A stretch of 64,000 nucleotides of DNA, from assembly GCA_905182295.1 (NCBI GenBank), contig CAJJAZ010000004.1, forward strand, positions 77,854 through 141,853. The letters run 5' to 3'. Both the position numbers and the translations under genes were made by a program. The notes beneath the pieces are model-generated. The model saw nothing but the letters and a program-made list of their open reading frames with translations. It was not told where the DNA came from and searched no databases. Of this stretch, positions 50,786 to 60,391 are shown piece by piece. Within the stretch, counting starts at the first letter, position 1, and each line of letters opens with the position of its first letter. The DNA comes from an uncultured Flavobacteriaceae bacterium. Lineage in GTDB: Bacteria; Bacteroidota; Bacteroidia; Flavobacteriales; Flavobacteriaceae.

Positions 50786-50860
50786 GAGGTGTATTTGTTA
50801 GTTTATGGTTTTAATTTTAGTGGTTTCAAATTACGGATTTTAATTCTATTACCTATTTAT

Positions 50861-51379
50861 TTAATTTAATTTTAAGAGTCCCGAAGGTTTGTCTTTCATA
50901 AGTAAAAAACTCTTTTTTTGGCCTTTTATCTTAAGGTGAACTACATTTTGCTGGTCGTCGTACAGGTCTGTCAACAAGGCATTGTACACCTCTAATTCTT
51001 GAATATCAGTGAGATAAACACCCTTAGCCTCCATAAAAAAAATCACCATATCTGTATCTCTTTTTTGACCTAAAATTCGATAGTCTACCCCTGCACCATT
51101 AATCCTTATCTGAAATTTTTTTTGAAAATATTCGTTTAAAAATTTCAGTGCCATAGGGTGCTGATCCTTTGTCTCAAAATGAGACTCAATACTATAGCGT
51201 TTTGACAGCAAATCATTTAAGTCATCTATGAAAAGACGGGAGGTCATTTGTAAGCTGTGCTCTTTTTCGCTGTAATTCACCTGAGTGACACTCAAATAAA
51301 ATTTATGCGTACCCGACCAAGACACCAGGCATAAAAAAAAACACCCTATAGCCGAAAACCTTAAATATATCAATCTCAT
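50861..51379 (-). CDS. Exported protein, DUF6702-like
   Basis: Signal peptide then HKFYLSVT.V.Y, R.FIDD, DQQNVVH. Confidence 0.75.
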   Translation of the reverse strand: MRLIYLRFSAIGCFFLCLVSWSGTHKFYLSVTQVNYSEKEHSLQMTSRLFIDDLNDLLSKRYSIESHFETKDQHPMALKFLNEYFQKKFQIRINGAGVDYRILGQKRDTDMVIFFMEAKGVYLTDIQELEVYNALLTDLYDDQQNVVHLKIKGQKKSFLLMKDKPSGLLKLN

Positions 51380-51448
51380 ATATGCTTTTTAATATCCATT
51401 AAACTTTGTAAATTTCCATAAAGACAATTGTAATTAATCCTTAATTTA

Positions 51449-52291
51449 CTAATCCATTACTGCTTTGTTGTTGGCAATATAGCGTTCACTTTTTACTTTT
51501 AAAAAATCCCATATCAGCAATAGGTTTTTAGATTTAGCCAAGGGTAAAAATTGATCATCTATCTCGCAATAATAGAAAAAATCCGAAAGCTTCTCTTCCT
51601 TAATTCCAAGCTTATTGACATACAAACTGTCTGGGAAAAAAGTGCGCATTTGTTCTGAGAGTATATAGCGTTTGTCTCGAGCCACACGTTTTTTTAGCAT
51701 TTTAGTACGGCCGGTAATTTCATTAATAATTGGGTTAAATGGCAAAGAAAATAACATGCCTATATTAAACTTAGGCATGGCAGCCTCCCTAAGCAATCTT
51801 TCACTTTGCATGAGTGGCTTTACATTGGAATTTGGAAGTCCGAGCGTACTGGCTGTCACTACCTTTTGGGCCCCTAAAGCAGTAGCGTCTCTAGATAAAT
51901 CCCCGCTTAAATTATAAGGCATAAGCACCACTCCCTGAAGTTCCGTTATTTTTTCTTCTAAAGGAATATACACCAACTGCTGTTCTAAATGATCTTTGGT
52001 CACTACAAAAATCTTTTTTTCAAAGGATACACCAGAAAGCAATAAACTGTCTTGAGCCAAGGCCCGTATGTCAAAAAAACCGGCGTCGTCTGTAATAGTT
52101 GCATAGCCTCTTGTGGTATTTTGAATAGAAATTCCACCAATATCTTCTGCGGTAGAGACCACCCTTGCTTTAAAATTATCAGGATAGAAAAAAGATTGCG
52201 CATGAACCAAAGTGCCACACAAAAAAAGGCCCAAAAAACAAAAAAGCCGCGAGTATGTAGCCAGAGGAAACTTCAAGAAACGCCTTTGCAA
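51449..52291 (-). CDS. Carboxypeptidase-regulatory-like domain protein (start uncertain)
   Basis: Signal-like segment ending VHA-Q; ATITDDAGFFDI...DSLLLS, ITELQGVV. Confidence 0.72.
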   Translation of the reverse strand: MQRRFLKFPLATYSRLFCFLGLFLCGTLVHAQSFFYPDNFKARVVSTAEDIGGISIQNTTRGYATITDDAGFFDIRALAQDSLLLSGVSFEKKIFVVTKDHLEQQLVYIPLEEKITELQGVVLMPYNLSGDLSRDATALGAQKVVTASTLGLPNSNVKPLMQSERLLREAAMPKFNIGMLFSLPFNPIINEITGRTKMLKKRVARDKRYILSEQMRTFFPDSLYVNKLGIKEEKLSDFFYYCEIDDQFLPLAKSKNLLLIWDFLKVKSERYIANNKAVMD

Positions 52292-52324
52292 TAATAATAT
52301 GAAACTAATTCAATACACATGACA

Positions 52325-53071
52325 TTATTCTTTAGTGCTCTTGATAAAATTCCTACTATGATTCACTAAAAAATCAATCAGTTGAAACTCATTGTTTTTC
52401 TTAAGTAAATTCTGTGGGGTAACCTTACTATCTAAATAGTAAAGAAACGGTTCAATTTGTGTTGGAGCCAACTGAAGATCCTCAGTGAAAAAACGATCTT
52501 CATAGATTACCCTAAGTGCTTCGGACATTTTTAATGCAGGTGCAGCAGTAAGATTATTGGCGTCCTTAGACTGGAATAACAACTTAAAGATATTGACAAA
52601 ATTTAAACCGTTTTGCATGCCTTGCACCGTTCCTGCTTCCGCAATATTACCCACTTCTGTACTACGGTCTATTTCATAATCATAGCCCTTAAACTTTTCA
52701 CTCTTTAGGGCCAAAAATTTCTCCGTATTCTCTGGGCCAACGACTACTTCATCTAAAGCAGTTACTTTTTCCTCAACAGAAACCACCAAACGCCTATTTT
52801 CCAAAATTTCAGCTGTAATCAAAACCGCTGTAATTTTATAATTAACCGCAGTAAAAACCAATTCATCCCCTACAGCTACTTCAATTTCAAAAGAGCCGTC
52901 CTCATTGGTAATGGTCGCTAAACCAGCGGTGGTATTCAATACATTTTCATTGACCACGTTACTACCCCTATACATGACCTTACCTTTGAGCGGCACCCTA
53001 TCTTGAGACCAAAGACCCCATGAAATAAAAAGGAAAAAACATAAAAATAAATAAGCCTTTTTTAGTATCAT
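52325..53071 (-). CDS. Carboxypeptidase-regulatory-like domain protein
   Basis: Signal peptide; LKGKV, TITNEDGSFEI...GDELVF, LDEVVV. Confidence 0.75.
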   Translation of the reverse strand: MILKKAYLFLCFFLFISWGLWSQDRVPLKGKVMYRGSNVVNENVLNTTAGLATITNEDGSFEIEVAVGDELVFTAVNYKITAVLITAEILENRRLVVSVEEKVTALDEVVVGPENTEKFLALKSEKFKGYDYEIDRSTEVGNIAEAGTVQGMQNGLNFVNIFKLLFQSKDANNLTAAPALKMSEALRVIYEDRFFTEDLQLAPTQIEPFLYYLDSKVTPQNLLKKNNEFQLIDFLVNHSRNFIKSTKE

Positions 53072-53195
53072 AAATCAAAACATTTCATGTCACAGACGTG
53101 GGTTAATACCTACCACCCTATAAAGAAAACCTATCTTAGTTAGAAATAAAAAAATAGGAAGGCCAAACTTTTGTTAATTTGCAAAAAAAATATTC

Positions 53196-53903
53196 GTGAA
53201 ACACCTTATACTAGCCAGTACCAGCACACTACCCGATGAAAAATATTTGGCTTATTTACTTCCAGAGCTTGAAATATTTTTTAAAAATACAAGCACCATC
53301 ACTTTTATTCCCTATGCTAGGCCCAATGGAATAAGTCACGACCATTACACCAGGCATGTGGCCCAAGCATTTTCCAAAATAGGAAAAAAAGTTAAAGGAC
53401 TTCACGAATACAAAGACCCCATAACGGGCATCTCAGAAGCAGAGGCTATATTCACGGGAGGAGGGAATACCTTTATATTGGTCAAAGACTTATACGATTT
53501 AGACATTATAAAACCATTAAAAAATGTCATTCAAAAAGGGGTTCCATATCTAGGCTGTAGCGCAGGAAGCAATATCATTGGACAAAGCATGCACACCACC
53601 AATGATATGCCAATAACTATGCCACAAGACTTTAAAACACTTGGTGTAATACCCTATAATATTAATGCCCATTACCTAGATCCAATCCCCCAATTAAAAC
53701 ACAATGGAGAAAGCAGGGAAACCAGGATAAAAGAGTTCCACACCTATCATGACACAGACGTCATTGGACTTAGAGAAGGGAGCTATTTAGAGGTAATTGG
53801 TGCTGATATTTTTCTAAAAGGCCCCCATTCTGCCCGGTTATTTCAAAAAAACCAAGAAACTAAAGAGGTTACGGAAATAGCAGGAAAAGCAAGCGATATA
53901 TAA
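53196..53903 (+). CDS. pepE: Dipeptidase PepE (S51)
   Basis: FIPYA, FTGGGNTF, G.SAGSN, TTNDMP, INAHY, GESRETRI.EF; GTG start. Confidence 0.94.
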   Translation: MKHLILASTSTLPDEKYLAYLLPELEIFFKNTSTITFIPYARPNGISHDHYTRHVAQAFSKIGKKVKGLHEYKDPITGISEAEAIFTGGGNTFILVKDLYDLDIIKPLKNVIQKGVPYLGCSAGSNIIGQSMHTTNDMPITMPQDFKTLGVIPYNINAHYLDPIPQLKHNGESRETRIKEFHTYHDTDVIGLREGSYLEVIGADIFLKGPHSARLFQKNQETKEVTEIAGKASDI

Positions 53904-54078
53904 AACACCTTTAAAACACTTGAACACCCATTAAAGTCTTTTTATAGAGTGTGCATAAAAAACCACTGTTTTAATCAAAAAATAGTCTTTTTTGGACTTT
54001 AACAGATAAAAAGATACACTTTATCTTATTTTCTATCGCTACTAACCAATGGATTGTACCTTATTGGAAAGCGACAAA

Positions 54079-55332
54079 ATGAAGTCTTTATTTCTTTTAG
54101 GTTTAACACTGCTATATTCCTGCATTTCTTTAGCACAGGTAAAAATAGGGGGAGATCCAAAAATAATTCACCCCCACTCTCTTTTGGAATTAAAAAGCAA
54201 TACAAAAGCCTTGGTCTTAACAGTAGTTACGGACCTTGAAATGCAGGCCATCACACCCCTTAATGGCGCCTTAGTATTTAATATAGACCAAAGTTGTGTG
54301 TTTTTTTACCACCAAAGGTGGATGCCCCTATGCGAGTTCACTCCTCCAACAATACCTTCTCCAGCCAGCTTTCAAAACATCTCAGAAAACAATTTTATAT
54401 TTACAAGCAGCAGTGGAGAACAGACCCTTATTGAGGTACCCTCAATAAATCATGGGCACGAAAATACTGCGACAGATGTAATGAGTCACACCCATGAAAC
54501 TGAAAACTATGCATTATACAATCACATTCATGCAACCCAAGACTTCGCGTTAAATACTCACACCCATGACTTTCCAAACTTTGCATTAGTAAGTCACTCG
54601 CACACCACATCCAATACAACTGACACAACAAACCCATACCAGGGACTAAACCCCCTAGACAGCCTTCAATTAAACCTATTCAAACAGGGAAATATAGGAA
54701 GCCTTTGGCATACTGAAAGCGATGGCCTGGTGGGTGAAATAAAAAACAAAAGTCTAAGCGCATTGGCTGTGTATTGGGATCAAGACAATCAAAGGCTGGG
54801 AATTGGTACCACAAACCCCACGAATAAATTACATGTTGCAGGAGAAATTAGAAGCCAGGGATTCTCCAATTCAAATGGAAGTCAGAACGAGCCCAGTTAT
54901 AGTTTTAAGTCAGACACCAATACAGGCATATTCAGAGCGGCTGCAGATCAATTGGCCTTTAGCACCAAAGGAAAGGAACAGATGAGGCTCACCAAGGAAG
55001 GACATTTGGCGATTGGAGTATCTGCAACAAACTCCTTTTTAGAGGTCAATGGTGCCCTTTCACTAAAAATCACCCAAAGCCATACACTAACCACTACCCT
55101 AAATGAAAACCACCATACCATTATACTATATGAGGAAGTGCAATTTGTTGAACTCCCTAATACCTCAGAAAATAAAGGCAGGGTGTATTGTTTAAAAAAT
55201 TTAAGTGGTCATGAAATTCAGACAAACCTCCCTTTTGTAGGATTGAGTCACAGCCCTATTCCTGAAAATGTTTTTCCTCCAGGGGTCACTTGGATTCAAA
55301 GCGACGGGGAACACTGGCAACAAATCAGGTGA
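54079..55332 (+). CDS. Exported phage-tail-fibre-like protein with HxH repeats
   Basis: Signal peptide MKSLFLL...SLA-Q from ATG 54079; five HxH motifs; RLGIGTTNP..KLHV.G and PSYSF.SDTNTGIFR..ADQLAFST.G.E.MRL fibre-type segments. Confidence 0.7.
   Translation: MKSLFLLGLTLLYSCISLAQVKIGGDPKIIHPHSLLELKSNTKALVLTVVTDLEMQAITPLNGALVFNIDQSCVFFYHQRWMPLCEFTPPTIPSPASFQNISENNFIFTSSSGEQTLIEVPSINHGHENTATDVMSHTHETENYALYNHIHATQDFALNTHTHDFPNFALVSHSHTTSNTTDTTNPYQGLNPLDSLQLNLFKQGNIGSLWHTESDGLVGEIKNKSLSALAVYWDQDNQRLGIGTTNPTNKLHVAGEIRSQGFSNSNGSQNEPSYSFKSDTNTGIFRAAADQLAFSTKGKEQMRLTKEGHLAIGVSATNSFLEVNGALSLKITQSHTLTTTLNENHHTIILYEEVQFVELPNTSENKGRVYCLKNLSGHEIQTNLPFVGLSHSPIPENVFPPGVTWIQSDGEHWQQIR
54451..54603 (+). repeat. 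Intragenic 36-nt / 12-aa HxH repeat
   Basis: HxH starts at 54451, 54487, 54523, 54559 and 54595. Confidence 0.88.
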
Positions 55333-55390
55333 ATTATAAACCGCGTATCTAAAACTGCATGTAGGAAAATAATATAGTAAACACCACAAA

Positions 55391-56593
55391 ATGTCTCTGA
55401 GAAAATACATTTCAAAACCGACTATACTGCTTGTGGTTGGTGTTTTTTTTAGCAGCCAATTTTTAAGATCCCAAGAGGTGACTGTATTTCATGAATCAGT
55501 AAGTATTGGCTCCCTGAACCCCTTTGTGGTATTTGGCAGTAGGTTAATCATTAAAAAATACCCTAATGATATTCATAGCATTCACTTTTCAGGATTTAAA
55601 AAACAAACCCTTGAATTAGTGCACGCTCAAGACATTAAAAACCTTCTCATACACGGGTCCAAAGGGATAGAGATCATTGGTGTGTTACGCCTCTCCAACA
55701 CTTTAATACTGAACGGACCTATCATCGTAAGCGAGCAAAAAGAGGGTCTTATTGAATTTGGAATAGACGCACTAATACAAAACAACCTACCCCCTTATTT
55801 AATTCAAGGCTGGGTTGGGATCACAGAGAAGCATGAATTTATTTTTCCCATTGGATCAGATGAAAAATTTATGCCATTAGGAGTGAATAGTGCAGGTCCA
55901 ATAGAAAATATCACCCCTGGCCTAAGCCTTCAAATAAAAACAACAGTTGGGCATGCCAACCAGAAATTTGGGAATACTTACAGTACTCAAAACTACCTTT
56001 CTAGGGCTGAAATTTTCGAGATGGATACCAATCACTACTGGGAAGTTCAATCCGAAGCTGCCCAATACATTCAGATTGAATGGCCCAGTGAACAAGCATT
56101 TTATACTGACCTAAAAGTACAACACAAAGGAATAGCTGCCTGGAACAAAAGCACCCAAAACTGGCAGATACTCCCCCTAGAAATAAAACCAAGGGCAACT
56201 TCAGTTGACACAGAAACTGTCCTAAATATTAGATCCCATAATTCCTTAAAAACACTTCCTTTCAACGTGAGTAATTTCTCTAAATGGGTACTTTGTGATT
56301 GCCAATTAAATGATCCAAAATACAAAGCGCTAGGTAATTTTCTACTCACCTTAAATGGAGACCATATAAATAACTCACTCAATCTATCCCAATACCCAAA
56401 AAATAGGCTGGTTAATTTTCAGTTGTATGACCGCTATGGTGTAATGCTATTTAAATTAAAATCAATGGATCCAAAATCATTGAAAGATCGTATTAAAAAC
56501 CACACATCCTATACGGGCACTTATTTTTATATAGTACATTTAAAGGCACCTAAACAAATAGAACAGGGCTATATATATTTGATTAAAAAGTAA
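55391..56593 (+). CDS. Exported protein with a divergent T9SS type-B (gliding motility-associated) C-terminal domain
   Basis: Signal peptide ending LRS-Q; FIFPIG, YWEV; C-terminal LTLNGDHINN..FQLYDRYG.MLF..GTYFYIV..QGYIYL. Confidence 0.75.
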   Translation: MSLRKYISKPTILLVVGVFFSSQFLRSQEVTVFHESVSIGSLNPFVVFGSRLIIKKYPNDIHSIHFSGFKKQTLELVHAQDIKNLLIHGSKGIEIIGVLRLSNTLILNGPIIVSEQKEGLIEFGIDALIQNNLPPYLIQGWVGITEKHEFIFPIGSDEKFMPLGVNSAGPIENITPGLSLQIKTTVGHANQKFGNTYSTQNYLSRAEIFEMDTNHYWEVQSEAAQYIQIEWPSEQAFYTDLKVQHKGIAAWNKSTQNWQILPLEIKPRATSVDTETVLNIRSHNSLKTLPFNVSNFSKWVLCDCQLNDPKYKALGNFLLTLNGDHINNSLNLSQYPKNRLVNFQLYDRYGVMLFKLKSMDPKSLKDRIKNHTSYTGTYFYIVHLKAPKQIEQGYIYLIKK

Positions 56594-56594
56594 G

Positions 56595-57086
56595 ATGAAA
56601 TTAGAAATTAAGACCATAAATGCTGCCCAAACCTTTCCGGTAAGGCATCCAGAACTCAGAGAAGGAAAACCTGTTGAAAGTTGTTCATTTGAGGGAGATC
56701 TCCTTGAAAACACTCTTCATATAGGGGCTTACTTAGGTTTAGAATTGGTTGGAGTGGCTAGTTTTATGAAGCAACCCACTTATTTCCCTACTGAAAACAA
56801 TCCTTCCATGGTACAGCATATAAATAACTCCCCTAGCCAACTTTATGAAATGCAACTCAGGGGCATGGCTGTTTTGAAAACACACCACAAAAAAGGAATT
56901 GGCGCTGCTATCCTGCGTTTTGGAGAACAAAAACTAAAGGATATAGGATATAGCGGCATTTGGATGAATGCAAGAATAAAAGTTGTGGGTTTTTATGAAA
57001 AATTAGGCTATAGCATTCACGGAGATGTATTTGACATTCAAGGGGTGGGGGCTCATTTTAAAATGAGTAAAAAAATTGATAAATAG
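56595..57086 (+). CDS. GNAT family N-acetyltransferase
   Basis: VRHP.LR, QLRGMAV...H.KGIG, WMNAR...GFYEKLGY. Confidence 0.92.
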   Translation: MKLEIKTINAAQTFPVRHPELREGKPVESCSFEGDLLENTLHIGAYLGLELVGVASFMKQPTYFPTENNPSMVQHINNSPSQLYEMQLRGMAVLKTHHKKGIGAAILRFGEQKLKDIGYSGIWMNARIKVVGFYEKLGYSIHGDVFDIQGVGAHFKMSKKIDK

Positions 57087-57136
57087 GCTGCCCTATTGTG
57101 TATTAGTGATTAATTTTACACTTTAAACGAAATAAG

Positions 57137-58648
57137 ATGAACAAGAAGACGCTTTTAATGATTCTAGATGGTTGGGGTAAATCTCCAGATCCTAGTATTT
57201 CTGCAATAGACCAAGCCAAAACCCCTTATATAGATCAATTGTACAAAGACTATCCAAATGCAAATCTGAGAACAGATGGAATGCATGTAGGCTTACCTGA
57301 GGGTCAAATGGGAAATTCAGAAGTAGGACACATGAACTTGGGTGCTGGAAGGATCGTTTATCAGGATTTGGCTAAGATTAACTTAGCTATTAAAGAAAAT
57401 ACCCTCAAAGACCAAAAAGGGGTCAAAGAGGCCTTTGCCTTTGCTATAGAAAACAACAAACCTATTCATTTTGTAGGATTGCTATCTGACGGAGGCGTTC
57501 ACAGTCACACCAGTCACTTGAGAGGACTTATTTTAGCTGCTAAAGATGCTGGAGTTCAGGAGAGTTATGTACATGCCTTTACAGATGGTAGGGATGTAGA
57601 TCCCAAAAGTGGTCGTGCTTACACTGAAGCACTCCTTCAATTTTGTAAGGAAACCCCTACCCAGTTGGCCACATTGATAGGAAGGTATTACGCCATGGAC
57701 AGAGATAATAGATGGGAACGTGTTAAAAAAGCATATGACCTTCTCGTTCACAGAAACGGTAGCCTTACTAAAGACCCCGTTGCATCAATTGAGGCCAGTT
57801 ATGCCTCAGCAGTTACAGATGAATTCCTTGCGCCAATCATCAATGAAAATGCAGGGACCAACAGTGCCATTAAAGAAGGAGATGTTGTCTTGTTTTTTAA
57901 TTTCAGAACAGATAGAGGAAGGGAATTAACCCAGGCTTTAAACCAGCAAGACTTTCACGAGCAAAATATGAATGCCTTAGACTTATACTATGTTACCATG
58001 ACCAATTACGACGCCTCTTTCAAAGGAGTCCACGTCATTTTTGACAAAGATAATATTGAAAAAACTTTAGGTGAGGTAGTCGCTCAAGCTGCTAAAAAAC
58101 AAATTAGAATTGCTGAGACAGAAAAATACCCTCATGTCACTTTCTTCTTTAACGGCGGTAGAGAGACTCCTTTTAATGGAGAAACGAGGTTACTATGCCC
58201 GTCTCCTAAAGTAGCCACTTACGACTTACAACCAGAGATGAGTGCCTATGATATTAGAGATGCCATTGTTCCTGAATTAAATAAATCTAGCGCAGATTTT
58301 ATTTGTTTAAATTTCGCCAATCCAGATATGGTTGGGCACACTGGAGATATGCAAGCGGCTATTAAAGCCTGTGAGGTTGTAGACAGCTGTGCGCAAAGTG
58401 TGATTGAAGCAGCCAAAAAACAAGACTATTCCGTACTCGTCATTGCAGACCATGGTAATTGTGATACGATGAGAAATCCAGATGGCTCTCCAAATACGGC
58501 TCACACGACCAATCCAGTGCCATTCATATTGGTAGACAAAGACATTAAAAAAGTATCTAGTGGTGTTTTAGGAGACATTGCACCCACTATATTGGCTTTA
58601 ATGGGCATTCCACAACCCTCAGTCATGACGGGGAAAAGTCTTTTATAA
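57137..58648 (+). CDS. gpmI: 2,3-bisphosphoglycerate-independent phosphoglycerate mutase
   Basis: LDGWG, GQMGNSEVGH, ETEKYPHVT, NPDMVGHTG, ADHGN. Confidence 0.98.
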   Translation: MNKKTLLMILDGWGKSPDPSISAIDQAKTPYIDQLYKDYPNANLRTDGMHVGLPEGQMGNSEVGHMNLGAGRIVYQDLAKINLAIKENTLKDQKGVKEAFAFAIENNKPIHFVGLLSDGGVHSHTSHLRGLILAAKDAGVQESYVHAFTDGRDVDPKSGRAYTEALLQFCKETPTQLATLIGRYYAMDRDNRWERVKKAYDLLVHRNGSLTKDPVASIEASYASAVTDEFLAPIINENAGTNSAIKEGDVVLFFNFRTDRGRELTQALNQQDFHEQNMNALDLYYVTMTNYDASFKGVHVIFDKDNIEKTLGEVVAQAAKKQIRIAETEKYPHVTFFFNGGRETPFNGETRLLCPSPKVATYDLQPEMSAYDIRDAIVPELNKSSADFICLNFANPDMVGHTGDMQAAIKACEVVDSCAQSVIEAAKKQDYSVLVIADHGNCDTMRNPDGSPNTAHTTNPVPFILVDKDIKKVSSGVLGDIAPTILALMGIPQPSVMTGKSLL

Positions 58649-58669
58649 CTTTAGCATAAAACAGGAAGA

Positions 58670-59479
58670 ATGATCAAGATAAAAACGGCAGCTGAAATTG
58701 AACTCATGAGAGAGAGTGCCCTCATTGTTTCAAAAACATTGGGCATGTTAGCCAAAGAGGTCAAACCAGGGGTAAGCACTTTGACCTTGGACGCTTTGGC
58801 AGAAACTTTCATCAGAGACCATGGGGCTGTTCCAGGTTTTCTGGGATTATACGACTTTCCAAACACCCTTTGCATGAGTCCAAATGCACAAGTAGTTCAC
58901 GGTATTCCAAACAATAAACCCATAGAAGAAGGAGATATTATTTCCATTGACTGTGGTGCTTTAAAAAATGGTTTTTACGGAGACCATGCCTATACTTTTG
59001 AAGTAGGCAGTGTTGCCCCAGAGGTAAAAAAACTATTGGACATTACCAAAGCCTCTTTATACAAAGGAATTGAAGCATTTAAAGCGGGTAACCGCGTTGG
59101 AGATGTTGGTTTTGCCATACAAGAATTTACAGAGAAACACGGCTACGGTGTGGTCCGTGAATTGGTAGGACACGGCCTTGGCACAAGCATGCATGAAGAC
59201 CCAGAAATGCCCAACTACGGAAGAAGGGGCAGGGGGAAAAAATTCATAGAGGGTATGGTAGTCGCTATTGAACCTATGACCAATATGGGTACCCATAGAA
59301 TTAACCAGCTCAAAGATGGTTGGACCATCTTAACGGCAGACGGAAAGCCTTCTGCTCATTTTGAGCACAATGTAGCCCTAGTAAATGGGAAACCTGAGCT
59401 ACTCTCTACCTTTGATTATGTCTATGAAGCATTGGGCATTAAATCTGACGAAGAAGCACCTTTTAGAGCGGCTAATTAG
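58670..59479 (+). CDS. map: Type I methionine aminopeptidase
   Basis: VVHGIP, SIDCG...GFYGD, GHGLG..MHEDP, AIEPM, SAHFEH. Confidence 0.97.
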   Translation: MIKIKTAAEIELMRESALIVSKTLGMLAKEVKPGVSTLTLDALAETFIRDHGAVPGFLGLYDFPNTLCMSPNAQVVHGIPNNKPIEEGDIISIDCGALKNGFYGDHAYTFEVGSVAPEVKKLLDITKASLYKGIEAFKAGNRVGDVGFAIQEFTEKHGYGVVRELVGHGLGTSMHEDPEMPNYGRRGRGKKFIEGMVVAIEPMTNMGTHRINQLKDGWTILTADGKPSAHFEHNVALVNGKPELLSTFDYVYEALGIKSDEEAPFRAAN

Positions 59480-59614
59480 AGCCGCTAAATAATCCATTTT
59501 AAAAAAGCCAAACCGATCAAGTTTGCAAAGATTATTGTAGAGGCCGTACTCAAAGGAGAAAGCCAGAATTAATTCAAAAACTTTGATAAAAAATAAGCTT
59601 AATAAAGCACATAG

Positions 59615-60391
59615 ATGAGTGGCACACTTTTTACCTGGATTCTCAATAAATTCCCAAGGCCCTTTTTAATTAAAGCCAGCTATTGGGCCAGGCCATTTTT
59701 GGCCTTTTATCTGCGTGGAAAAAACATTACTGACCCCATTGATGGTAAGTCTTATAAACGCTTTCTACCTTATGGCTATGGCACCTCAAGGCCCGGAGTT
59801 TTAGCCCCAGGGACTTTGTCCCTGGAAAGACACAGGTTGCTGTGGCTCTTTTTAAAAGCAGAAACCAATTTATTCACTATTGCCCAGTCCGTTTTACATA
59901 TGGCACCGGAGCAGGCGTTTTACAAGCGTTTTAAAAAGCTAAAACACCTTAAATACACTACGGCAGACCTCTACTCTCCCCTTGCTATGGTAAAAGCAGA
60001 TATCTGTAATTTACCTTTTAAAGATGGGGAATTTAGTGTGGTACTTTGCAACCATGTTTTAGAACATATAGAAGACCACGAAAAAGCCATTTCAGAACTT
60101 TATAGGATCATGAAACCCGGCGGTTGGGGTATTTTTCAGGTACCTCAGGAACTCCAAAGAGAAACGACCTTTGAAGACAATAGCATTAAAGACCCCAAAG
60201 AACGGGCCGCAATCTTTGGCCAATACGACCATGTAAGGGTGTACGGAAAAGATTATGGGAACTTTTTAACTGCAGCAGGATTTGAATTCGAGGCAATAGA
60301 CTACACCAGGGCATTGGGCCCAGAAAAAGTAGCCCAATACGGATTGGCAGCAGGAGAGCTTATTCCGCTTGTTCGTAAACCACTTGTTTGA
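59615..60391 (+). CDS. Class I SAM-dependent methyltransferase
   Basis: SLERHRLLW, LHMAPE, LCNHVLEH, KPGGW, FGQYDHVR. Confidence 0.9.
   Translation: MSGTLFTWILNKFPRPFLIKASYWARPFLAFYLRGKNITDPIDGKSYKRFLPYGYGTSRPGVLAPGTLSLERHRLLWLFLKAETNLFTIAQSVLHMAPEQAFYKRFKKLKHLKYTTADLYSPLAMVKADICNLPFKDGEFSVVLCNHVLEHIEDHEKAISELYRIMKPGGWGIFQVPQELQRETTFEDNSIKDPKERAAIFGQYDHVRVYGKDYGNFLTAAGFEFEAIDYTRALGPEKVAQYGLAAGELIPLVRKPLV

Noticed and set aside
54049-56593. Prophage or tailocin remnant
   Set aside because: Both genes have Sec signal peptides, and no capsid, baseplate, sheath, integrase or lysis genes are nearby
59489-59572. Open frame IIHFKKAKPIKFAKIIVEAVLKGESQN* between map and the methyltransferase
   Set aside because: No ATG/GTG/TTG start near its 5' end and no recognisable homology; could be a gene remnant but cannot be supported
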